A DNA stretch of 64,000 nt from Nemertoderma westbladi. Its lineage: Eukaryota > Animalia > Xenacoelomorpha. Of this stretch, positions 11,566 to 22,800 are shown piece after piece (the stretch's first letter is position 1; every line of letters starts with the position of its first letter). The notes beneath the pieces were generated by a model. The model saw only the letters and a program-made list of their open reading frames with translations. It was not told where the DNA came from and made no database searches. Where the stretch lies: the NCBI GenBank assembly GCA_032718475.1, contig JAUCBJ010007849.1, positions 9,724 to 73,723 on the forward strand, given 5' to 3'. The position numbers were made by a program, and so were the translations under genes.

Positions 11566-12694
11566 TTTACCGGTTGACCGGTACTTTCAACTTTATTGCT
11601 TACTGCAATAAAGACAATAACTGTTATTGTACGCGCTTTTGAAGACCTTTAGCAGTTTAACCTGCCAAAATTTATATGTCTTTTGGTTTATAAATAGACT
11701 TTAGAAAATGACAAGTATTTAATACCAATAAATACAACATTAGCCGAAGCCAGCCTAGTGCGCGTCCATTCACCCGCTGGATATACCCGGGAGACTGGAT
11801 TCGGAGGGCTTAGATTGTTATTGCAGTGTAAGCTTAATGTATTATTCGATTGATCGTTAATAAATAATTTCTGACCAATATTATTCACTTTCGGGAAATA
11901 TTAACAGTTCCTTTAGGACGTGGCGCTCTATCTAGGTAAACAGAGATATGACTTATACTAAACACAACGGTAAGTCGGTAAGGCTTATGATTCACGTATG
12001 AGGCGCATTCTTTAGGAAATGCTTAGTTATCAGTCACAATCATGCACACTACCGGTAACACACAATACTGCACACTAATTTGCCGACCGTCAATGAATTT
12101 TATCATATATAAAGAGAACAGCAATTGACTCATGTAGTGCTTATCAAATAGCATTAAATTCACTACAAACCACAATAATATAAGTCGCAATCGCTATATG
12201 TAACCCGTCTAACCTGTAGTGTATCAAGAAAATTGGGAAATTTGGGTTCTTTATAGATGTTCTCCAGATAATAATATTCCACCATAACACAACAGTAAAT
12301 AGCAGTATAATAATGTATGTTGCAGTGATATAAGACTACTGCTGATTGCACTGATTGTACTGGACCGATAACAGTTATACGCTCTATAATCTAAGCCTAC
12401 TAATGTTTCTTCTAAAGTCTGAAACGAATTGACTCTAGAGCCGGTGTTCCTGGCCTAGATAGAAACAACACAACAGTATTAAGAAAAACAGTAAGACTGA
12501 ACACTCCTAGCATGATCTGCCAAATATCTCCACATCGACAGAAAAAATCGCTCTGATTGGCTGTTAAGCTAAACAAAGAACCATGTATCCAATGGCCGTT
12601 TCCTTGTCAGCAACCAGCTGTTAGATGTCGTAATCTGAATCATCAAGGCTAAGCTGTGCCAGGGTATTTAACGCATTGCGGGTTTTTGCCTTAC

Positions 12695-13025
12695 CATGTC
12701 CTCCAAAGCACACATATAGAAGAATGACTTTTATGTCCGTTAAAACACCTATAACGGTACCTTGCGGGCGAGGGGGACTGAGTATTTCCGCAAAAGCTTT
12801 TACAGATGTCGTCATCTTGAACTACACTGTATCAAGAGTATTTGGCGTATTGCGACATAAAATTGCTAGTTATGTCCGCTAAAGTACACATACAGAAGAA
12901 ATGGCTTTTTATGTCCACTAAAACACCGGTACAGTAAGGAAACGGCTTTTTATGTCCGCTAAAACACCTACAGAGTACTTTGCGGGAAAAATGACTAGCT
13001 AATTCCGCAAAAGCCTTTACAAAGT
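12695..13025. repeat. Degenerate direct repeats, possibly LTR U3
   Basis: ttttatgtcc...taaaacacc occurs three times; ttgcggg...ttccgcaaaagc(t/c)tttaca occurs twice. Confidence 0.55.
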
Positions 13026-13230
13026 CTCTGCCATTAGGTCGGATGTGTTACGTGCAATTCGTTACTGTAGCACTCGCGTTCTACTAAATGACGAAATTAA
13101 ATTTATTATAAATAAATTCCATGCCTATGGCTACCCTACTATTTTAATGTTAGAGACCTACAATCAAGAACGAACTTCTTAAACCAGAGCCTTACCTGCG
13201 CCCCCTACTGTTTATCCCAGTCATAATTAC

Positions 13231-14290
13231 TACGTATCTATCCCATTTATCGGACATGTTTTTTACTGCCTTAAGCGTGAGGCTGCTAAGATACACATAA
13301 CCTTAGTGTCTAATTCATTTAACACTATTGGTCAATGTCTATGTAGTCAGACTAAGCATAAACTCCCCCCAGACCAGGTCTCTGGAGTAGTATATTCGAT
13401 TGTCTGTAGCTGTGGGGGACGACGTATTGGTGAAACGGACCAAGAACTGAAGGACAGGGTAAATCAGCATAAGAGAGGGTGGGTACATAGTTCTCGAAAT
13501 TCGGCAGTTGGTAGCCATGGCAACTGTATACCCAGTTTCAACGACGTGGAAACATTAGCTTTTCAGTCTTCAATTACAAATGTTTTCTTGTTTGATAATC
13601 CAGTTGAAATTGTTGAGCAATTTTCATATTTAGGCCATATTTTACATTCTAGTACAGACGATGACATTGATATCAAGGCCCAATATTATGCATTAATGTA
13701 TTAATTAATGCATTAATGCAAGAGCCAATATGTTAATGAGAAAGTTTGGAAATTGTTCCCGTGCAGTAAAAATATGCCTTAATAGTTTATGGGCTAGGGT
13801 GAACTACTCTGATTGTGTTTATAGAAAACTGAAAGTAGCGTACAATAATGCACTTCGTTTGTTTTTTCGGATATCTAGAGTTACTGATGACATACCAACG
13901 AGTGATGTCATTAACATGTGGAGAATTAAATATACCTGTTTTGACTCATAGAACGTACAACAGCCTTTGTAGACGAACCAAACGTCTAAACTGTCTAAAA
14001 TAGTATTTTGCGTACTATCCATAAAGAATGTCATCAGGATTCTAGAATTTTTTGTGCATGATTACATATTTTCAATATATTAAAGAAGATATATTATTTT
14101 GTTCTGCTGTGCTATTAAATAACAACTGTATTTAGTTTATCTTACGTACCGGTACCCAATTTGTTTCTTTGCAACATTATTAACTAATTATTTTATGGGC
14201 CTAGGCCTGGATTAAAGAATATAGTCTAACCTGAGGTTGAGGCTACTTTTGGAGTCAGCCTTTATCCGGACTTTGGTCGCAGGGAAACTA
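13231..14290 (+). mobile_element. Penelope-like element remnant (linker plus GIY-YIG endonuclease), interrupted
   Basis: YVSIPFIG linker; SGVVYSIVCSCGGRRIGET..LKDRVNQHKR; reads on as AFQS|NLRLRLLLESAFIRTL once 13570-14227 is removed. Confidence 0.75.
13570..14222 (+). mobile_element. 5'-truncated, decayed non-LTR retrotransposon 3' fragment
   Basis: EQFSYLGHIL..DDDIDI, MLMRKFGNCS..VKI and LKVAYNNALR resemble the post-RT region of LINE ORF2; flanked by AGTCT at 13565-13569 and 14223-14227. Confidence 0.7.
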
Positions 14291-15694
14291 TTATACGCTC
14301 TCCCAATGATGACTCAATCAATAGGAACTCCGGTAGTCTACTGAATGAATGTTGGCTTCCTGCTATTGCCAACTCAATTCCCAATTAAGGCCCCCCCCCC
14401 CCCCCCCCCTTTTTTTTTTTTTATTTAGTCTAGGAATATAATTTTTTCTATATTTCTTTATATTTTCTTTTATATTTCGTAAATTTTTTAAACTAAAATT
14501 TAAACCCTGTTTAACCCCAATTTTGTCGTACAGTATTACTGATAATGTCAAATACTGTATATTTGATATATCCAATTGTCTAATTTTTGTTTTATACTGT
14601 ACATTACTGTGCGAATATCGATATATATTTTTTCAAATTGCATATACAGTATATTGCTGTAGAATGTAAAGTAAATTCGATATGTCGTGTCGTCCACTAT
14701 ATGTACCGGTAGTGTACGTACAACATTAATCAGTACTGCATTGATAAAGATAAACATTGTTTATTGAAACGTCTGCAATACACTATAACACTTTTTGTGG
14801 CTGAAACTCCTTACACCATTGTTTTTTCAAACATTGTGTTATTATATAGGCCTATGTCAGTATGTGTTATAGCCAGGCCTATGTGCTGATGTGTGCTGTG
14901 CTTTGGCAGCCTCATCCCTCATGCACGCTTCATGTACTGATGTACCTACTGTATTCCATATTTAGGCCTAACTAGTTGAAATAGGCCTGCTATCAATCAT
15001 TCAATAATTTATCATTTTAATATCTGCTACACTGGGTTTAAATGTGTGGTTTTTTTCTGTAGGCCCCCCTATAATAATAATAAAATATAATAAATAATAT
15101 TCCTGTATTATTCTATTCCACTACTGGTACCGGTGATCGGTGAACACATTTTTCGGCTTATTTATTGTGTGTAAAGTGTAAACAACACAACACAACAACG
15201 CCAACCGCTTTCAGGCTTTTAGGTACGAACAAAAACTGAAAAATGAAACCGGAACATGCGCTCTTTTTTGTTAGAATAACTTTACCTGTCTAATCTGCTT
15301 CTTTCCCCTAACAGCCTAACATTTATAACGGTTACGGTATCCGTTGTGGCTGTCGGTTGTCGAGCAACGTTTCAAACGTTGCTATTTATTTGTATCGTAT
15401 TTATCGTATTTATTTGGCTGTTATTCCAGTATTTTTACTTATTTACTTATTTCCAGTTATTACAATATTTACATAATATACATACATTATTATATTTTTC
15501 AGTATATTACCACTGTGCTGCATGAGCATGCTATGTGGGAATTGTTATTAAACAATAAACAATACAGCAATATATTAGTATTATTTATTATTAATAAAAT
15601 ATTATATATATATTACTTGACAAATCCTTGCCTACCGGTACATCTGTACAGCTGTATAATACTGTAATAACATTAAAGCTTCCAACAACGAGCA

Positions 15695-16757
15695 ATGCCT
15701 TCCCCGAGCGATTCCACATCCGTAACTCCGCTTCTCCTAGACAACGGCTACGAAAACGCCGACCAATCAGACGCCTCTGAGGTCCCTGACCACGGAGCCC
15801 TACTGTTCTACAAACTGTCCCGCAGTCTGAGCGGCTCCCCTGTAAGGGAAGTTAACCGCAACACGCGACAACTCTCCACATTCTTCGGCGTACTCATACC
15901 ATGCGTTCTATCGATGTTCAGCTCTATACTGTTCCTTAGAATGGGCCTAATAGCGGGGCAATGTGGGCTGCTACTAACTCTACTATTAATAACCATCGCG
16001 TACGTCATCATTATGCTAACTGTACTGTCGATATCCGCTATATCTACGAACGGGGCTATTTCCGGGGGCGGCCCCTACTTTATGATCAGCCGGGCTTTAG
16101 GTCCGGAATTCGGCGGCGCGATCGGAGTTATGTTTTTCCTGGCGAACGTTTTCGCTTCCGGTTCTTATTGTATCGCCCTTAGCGAATCGCTAGTGGCCGA
16201 TTTCGGCCCTTCCGGTTCTATAATACCGTCGGCTATTCCTGGCGGCTACTGGTATAAACTTATCTACTCAACTTCGATCCTCCTTATTGGGCTAATGGTC
16301 TGTTTAATTGGAGCTAAAATGTTCGCTCGTGCGTCTTTCTTCATTTTTATTATAGTTTTTGCATCGATTCTTACCGGGATAGTCTCGTTTTTCGTTGTTA
16401 AACATCGTAAAGTCGCTATTCCGGCGGACAACAACTCCACAAATATTAGTTTCGGTTTATACCACTGGATGAATTCCCATACCTTATCGGCTAACTTGTA
16501 CCACAACTACTCGGTAGATTACACTACAGGGAATATGAATTCTTTTCCCATTGTTTTCGCGATATTTTTCAACGGGGTTACGGGAATCATGGCCGGTGCC
16601 AATATGTCTGGTGACCTCCGCAATCCGTCCCGGAGTATTCCCGTGGGAACGCTACTCTCGGTGGCTATTACTTTCAGTATCTATGTCCTGGTGTCTTTGC
16701 TTATTTGCATGTCTTGCGATCGTTTCCTTTTGCAGAATAACTACGGATTCCTCCAAG
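15695..16757 (+). CDS. SLC12A9: SLC12A9 coding exon 1
   Basis: LSTFFGVLIPCVLSMFSSILFLR, GGGPYFMISRALGPEFGGAIG, FNGVTGIMAGANMSGDL..P.RSIP.GT; donor AAG|GTAATC at 16757/16758, phase 1. Confidence 0.92.
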
Positions 16758-17056
16758 GTAATCAATGACAACATTTAAAATGTATTAATTTTAATTAGCA
16801 ATTTATTTTTTAACATTCAGATAGCGTTAGGGACTGGAGGATGAGAGCAGATGGGCATTTATGGATTCGGGTAGTTTTATGGCACGGATTTTCGGCAATA
16901 ATTATTATTTCGCTTGTGTAAGTTTCAAAAATAGTAAAAATTTCCATAATAAATCAAATTGAATTAATTTATTTCAAGTTTTATTTATTTAATAATCGGA
17001 GCTATAAAATCAATTCATTTAAATTTAGTTACAATTTCGGAAATATGTATCTATAT

Positions 17057-17969
17057 TAGAGTTGAAACAGAGACCTATTTTTCTTAATTCCGGTAAACCA
17101 GAGACCCAGAGAATTATTTTGAAAAATACCGGAGACCAGAGCCAGAGATCAGAGACTTTGCTTATTTTTGTACTTACAATTTGACTATAGCACAAACAGG
17201 TACGTATGAACTGAACTATTTATGGTTGAATTACAGTAAATCCTACCGATTCAAACCTTACCAAATGAAAAAAATAAGCGCAAGTACAGTTTGGGTTAAT
17301 GTTAAATGTTACATTAATTTGTTTTGCTACATAGGGACTTTGTTAAATAAAAGAGGCACTGAATTCACAACTGTTAAAATCATATACCTTTTAATGGATT
17401 CTATAAACTTGGTCATTTACGAATACAGTTAGTGCACAGGTCCAGTACTCTATTCGACCCTATTGCAAGTCTCGTTACGCTCGTTCTCTTCATTTGGTCG
17501 CTGTAATATATAGCCTACAACAAGGTGAAGAGAGCTCTGCCTTTACTTTTACATGTAGACTTTATGTGTGCTCAAATTAAGCACCCTTATTCTTAAATAA
17601 GAACTCTCTTTAGGTGCAAATTTAACTTGAACTGAAACGCACCTTAAATAAAATAGAAGATTACTGGTTCATTTGGTGTGAGTCATGCTTAAAAATAGGG
17701 TAGAAGTTGCTATATAATTTTGTTGAAGCGGAGTATTAAAAATTGTTAAAAATTAAAGTAATTATTTATAATAGTAAAAACGTTTTTGTGATAAAATCAT
17801 GATTTATCATTTTATGTTGTACAAGATAAATATATTTTTAATTTGAAAAATCACTGATCTCTGGGTAAAATGTCTGTTTTCAATACCCAGGAATCAGAGA
17901 CCTATCCAGAGACCAAAAAACTGCCCGAAGAATCCAGAGATCAGTGAACAGGTCTCTGTTTCAACTCTA
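17057..17969. mobile_element. Non-autonomous hAT-like DNA transposon in SLC12A9 intron 1
   Basis: Perfect 20-bp TIRs TAGAGTTGAAACAGAGACCT / AGGTCTCTGTTTCAACTCTA; subterminal CAGAGA(C/T)C repeats at both ends; flanks ATCTATAT / ATCATATA resemble a decayed 8-bp TSD. Confidence 0.8.
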
Positions 17970-18178
17970 ATCATATAGTTAGAATTATGTGTATTATTTA
18001 AATTTCCCGCCGCTTTTTTCCGATGAACATCACAAACATAACGATGATACTGTAGTCTTTTATCTTACTAATTATAACTATTACAGCTTCATACGATATT
18101 CTGGAATTACCGTCCCAAATCTACTGAAGAGTAATTATTACGATCACTAGGCCCAGGTTTGTCATCCTTTATTTCCAG

Positions 18179-18417
18179 GAATAAACGTCTGGCCTCCAGC
18201 CATCGCTATAGGTATATTCTCCGCAACTTTCTCCGCATCCCTCTCCTGTCTCATCGGTGCTTCCCGTATATTATTCGCGTTGGCTGAGGACCTGGTCTTT
18301 GGCGTGATACTGCGGCCGATTTCTACCGGTGTCTCAGATTCCGGTAACCCATATGCGGCTGTTCTCTTTTCCTGGGCTGTAATTCAGTTAATTCTGTTTA
18401 TTGGGGAGCTGAATGAG
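18179..18417 (+). CDS. SLC12A9: SLC12A9 coding exon 2 (absent from the ORF track)
   Basis: Acceptor tttatttccag|; phase-compatible translation (G)INVWPPAIAIGIFSATFSASLSCLIGASRILFALAEDLVFG...GNPYAAVLFSWAVIQLILFIGELNE; donor GAG|GTATAA, phase 0. Confidence 0.92.
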
Positions 18418-19359
18418 GTATAAATAATTATATTAATTTGTAGTTAATTTGTAGTACACCATTTTCGGACAACTCTTCGTTTTATCACTCTCAGCGTTTC
18501 AAAATTGTTTGATTTTGGCTATAATTTGGAATATAGGTGCCTAAGATGCTATTCTACATGACAGGTCAGAACATTTTTATTTTTCGCTATTTAATATTAG
18601 TTAATACTAGTTAACAACAAAAAAAACTTGGTTGCGCTTAAAACCCTAAGGCTTTTACAGTTTTGAATCTATTCACATGAAAGTTTTTTTATATGAAAGA
18701 TCAAAGATGGGGCAACATATCTATCAGGCGAAATTTTGTTAAAATAATTCTGCATCGCTAGGTGGCGCTGCAAATTTATGCCTAATTATTAGGTTTTTTA
18801 TAAATAGTATTAAATTTTATTAACAAATAATTTCGAAAACTTGTCTGATACTTCTATGCAGGGTGGCTATCTAGACACCCACAGAAAGTTTCAGACTAAT
18901 TGCTCAAAAATTATAGAAGTAGTAGGGTTTTGAAGTTGACAATTTCATTAAAAAAATATTTGGAGATAATCGACCTTTCATTATACATAGTAATAGTAAT
19001 TTCAATAGGATTCCCTAAATGGAAATTTTTCTATTTCAAATTTGAAATCAGCGAAATGTTGATCCGTGTGGTTTAGGAGACGAGCGAATTTACAAAGTGA
19101 TTGCAAGTAGAATTGGTACGAGGATCAAAACGGAGGAGATTATTCTGCAATAAATCATTCATAGAATAGAATGTAACAGTAAGAAACGAATGCTTATTAA
19201 AAAAAAACTGCTTGAGAAATTTTGTTTTTTTGTTAAATAATATTTTAAGTTGAAATTTCTCGAATTTTATTTCCACCTGATTTTAAAAGTTATTTACTTT
19301 ATCCCCCCCCCCCCCTCCCTCCCTCCCTCCCTCCCCCCATCCCCCCCCCCCCCTCCCTC

Positions 19360-19670
19360 TGGCTACCGCGCTACCTTTATTACATTACCTCATACAGCTC
19401 TTTACTGATGATCATTGTAATGATGTCTGCCAATCTGTAATTGTGTAATAATAACGGTCCCCCCAGAACTTTACTCCCCAAAGGAAACTGCAGTACTCAT
19501 TTAGCTACCACTTACGGATGCATTGTAGAAAAGCGCCCTGGATAGCTCCTTTAGATAAAGCTCATGCCGAAACGAAAACTACCCTGTCCCAATGCGGGGA
19601 TGGAACCTACAACGGATAGATGTGCATTCAAGATTTAACGGTTTAAACCACTAAATCCAAGTTGAGACCG
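19360..19670 (-). mobile_element. Possible decayed tRNA-derived SINE
   Basis: Minus strand has A-box-like TGGATTTAGTGG and B-box-like GGTTCCATCCC about 30 nt apart; boundaries uncertain. Confidence 0.35.
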
Positions 19671-19813
19671 TATATATAATGTCAGAGTCTCAGAAGTATT
19701 CATCTGTTCTCTTGATCATGTTATCATTTTGTAAAGTAATTAATTCATTCCTAATTTATTAATTGAACAAAAACGAATTAACCCTTTAATTATTATATTA
19801 AACACAAACAGTA

Positions 19814-22800
19814 AATTTTCTCTATACAATTACTTTCACTTTCCACAGCTCATATAGTATCAATATTCTCTATACAATTACTTTCACTTTCCACAGGTTG
19901 CTCCTATAGGCTCAATATTCTCTAAACAATTACTTTCACTTTCCACAGGTTGCTCCTATAGTCTCAATATTATCTATACAATTACTTTCACTTTCCACAG
20001 GTTGCTCCTATAGTCTCAATATTCTCTATACAATTACTTTCACTTTCCACGAGTTGCTCCTATAGACTCAATATTCTCTATACAATTACTTTCACTTTCC
20101 ACAGGTTGCTCCTATAGTCTCAATATTATCTATACAATTACTTTCACTTTCCACAGGTTGCTCCTATAGTCTCAATATTCTCTATACAATTACTTTCACT
20201 TTCCACAGGTTGCTCCTATAGTCTCAATATTATCTATACAATTACTTTCACTTTCCACGAGTTGCTCCTATAGACTCAATATTCTCTATACAATTACTTT
20301 CACTTTCCACAGGTTGCTCCTATAGTCTCAATATTATCTATACAATTACTTTCACTTTCCACGAGTTGCTCCTATAGACTCAATATTCTCTATACAATTA
20401 CTTTCACTTTCCACAGGTTGCTCCTATAGTCTCAATATTATCTATACAATTACTTTCACTTTCCACAGGTTGCTCCTATAGTCTCAATATTATCTATACA
20501 ATTACTTTCACTTTCCACAGGTTGCTCCTATAGTCTCAATATTATCTATACAATTACTTTCACTTTCCACAGGTTGCTCCTATAGTCTCAATATTCTCTA
20601 TACAATTACTTTCACTTTCCACGAGTTGCTCCTATAGACTCAATATTCTCTGTACAATTACTTTCACTTTCCACAGGTTGCTCCTATAGTCTCAATATTA
20701 TCTATACAATTACTTTCACTTTCCACAGGTTGCTCCTATAGTCTCAATATTCTCTATACAATTACTTTCACTTTCCACAGGTTGCTCCTATAGGCTCAAT
20801 ATTCTCTAAACAATTACTTTCACTTTCCACAGGTTGCTCCTATAGTCTCAATATTATCTATACAATTACTTTCACTTTCCACAGGTTGCTCCTATAGTCT
20901 CAATATTCTCTATACAATTACTTTCACTTTCCACAGGTTGCTCCTATAGTCTCAATATTATCTATACAATTACTTTCACTTTCCACAGGTTGCTCCTATA
21001 GGCTCAATATTCTCTATACAATTACTTTCACTTTCCACAGGTTGCTCCTATAGTCTCAATATTCTCTATACAATTACTTTCACTTTCCACGAGGTTGCTC
21101 CTATAGACTCAATATTCTCTATACAATTACTTTCACTTTCCACAGGTTGCTCCTATAGTCTCAATATTATCTATACAATTACTTTCACTTTCCACAGGTT
21201 GCTCCTATAGTCTCAATATTCTCTATACAATTACTTTCACTTTCCACAGGTTGCTCCTATAGTCTCAATATTCTCTATACAATTACTTTCACTTTCCACA
21301 GGTTGCTCCTATAGACTCAATATTCTCTATACAATTACTTTCACTTTCCACAGGTTGCTCTTATAGTCTCAATATTCTCTATACAATTACTTTCACTTTC
21401 CACAGGTTGCTCCTATAGTCTCAATATTCTCTATACAATTACTTTCACTTTCCACAGGTTGCTCCTATAGTCTCAATATTATCTATACAATTACTTTCAC
21501 TTTCCACAGGTTGCTCCTATAGTCTCAATATTCTCTATACAATTACTTTCACTTTCCACAGGTTGCTCCTATAGACTCAATATTCTCTAAACAATTACTT
21601 TCACTTTCCACAGGTTGCTCTTTTAGTCTCAATATTCTCTATACAATTACTTTCACTTTCCACAGGTTGCTCTTATAGTCTCAATATTCTCTATACAATT
21701 ACTTTCACTTTCCACAGGTTGCTCCTATAGTCTCAATATTATCTATACAATTACTTTCACTTTCCACAGGTTGCTCTTATAGTCTCAATATTCTCTATAC
21801 AATTACTTTCACTTTCCACAGGTTGCTCCTATAGTCTCAATATTCTCTATACAATTACTTTCACTTTCCACAGGTTGCTCCTATAGTCTCAATATTATCT
21901 ATACAATTACTTTCACTTTCCACAGGTTGCTCCTATAGTCTCAATATTCTCTATACAATTACTTTCACTTTCCACAGTGCTCCTATAGTCTCAATATTAT
22001 CTATACAATTACTTTCACTTTCCACAGGTTGCTCCTATAGTCTCAATATTATCTATACAATTACTTTCACTTTCCACAGGTTGCTCCTATAGACTCAATA
22101 TTCTCTATACAATTACTTTCACTTTCCACAGGTTGCTCCTATAGTCTCAATATTCTCTATACAATTACTTTCACTTTCCACAGGTTGCTCCTATAGACTC
22201 AATATTCTCTATACAATTACTTTCACTTTCCACAGGTTGCTCCTATAGTCTCAATATTATCTATACAATTACTTTCACTTTCCACAGGTTGCTCCTATAG
22301 TCTCAATATTCTCTATACAATTACTTTCACTTTCCACAGGTTGCTCCTATAGTCTCAATATTATCTATACAATTACTTTCACTTTCCACAGGTTGCTCCT
22401 ATAGTCTCAATATTCTCTATACAATTACTTTCACTTTCCACAGGCTCCTATAGTCTCAATATTATCTATACAATTACTTTCACTTTCCACAGGTTGCTCC
22501 TATAGTCTCAATATTATCTATACAATTACTTTCACTTTCCACAGGTTGCTCTTATAGTCTCAATATTCTCTATACAATTACTTTCACTTTCCACAGGTTG
22601 CTCCTATAGTCTCAATATTCTCTATACAATTACTTTCACTTTCCACAGGTTGCTCCTATAGTCTCAATATTATCTATACAATTACTTTCACTTTCCACAG
22701 GTTGCTCCTATAGTCTCAATATTCTCTATACAATTACTTTCACTTTCCACAGGTTGCTCCTATAGTCTCAATATTCTCTATACAATTACTTTCACTTTCC

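Noticed and set aside
11655-11680. Primer-binding site and LTR boundary (minus-strand TTTTGGCAGG)
   Set aside because: No tRNA match could be verified and there is no second LTR in the window to fix the boundary.
14363-15667. Short ORFs and poly-C/poly-T tracts upstream of SLC12A9
   Set aside because: Low-complexity AT-rich sequence with non-ATG starts and no protein-like motifs.
18460-19290. Possible additional DNA-transposon fragment at the start of intron 2
   Set aside because: Looks repeat-like, but I could not identify TIRs, a TSD or coding similarity.
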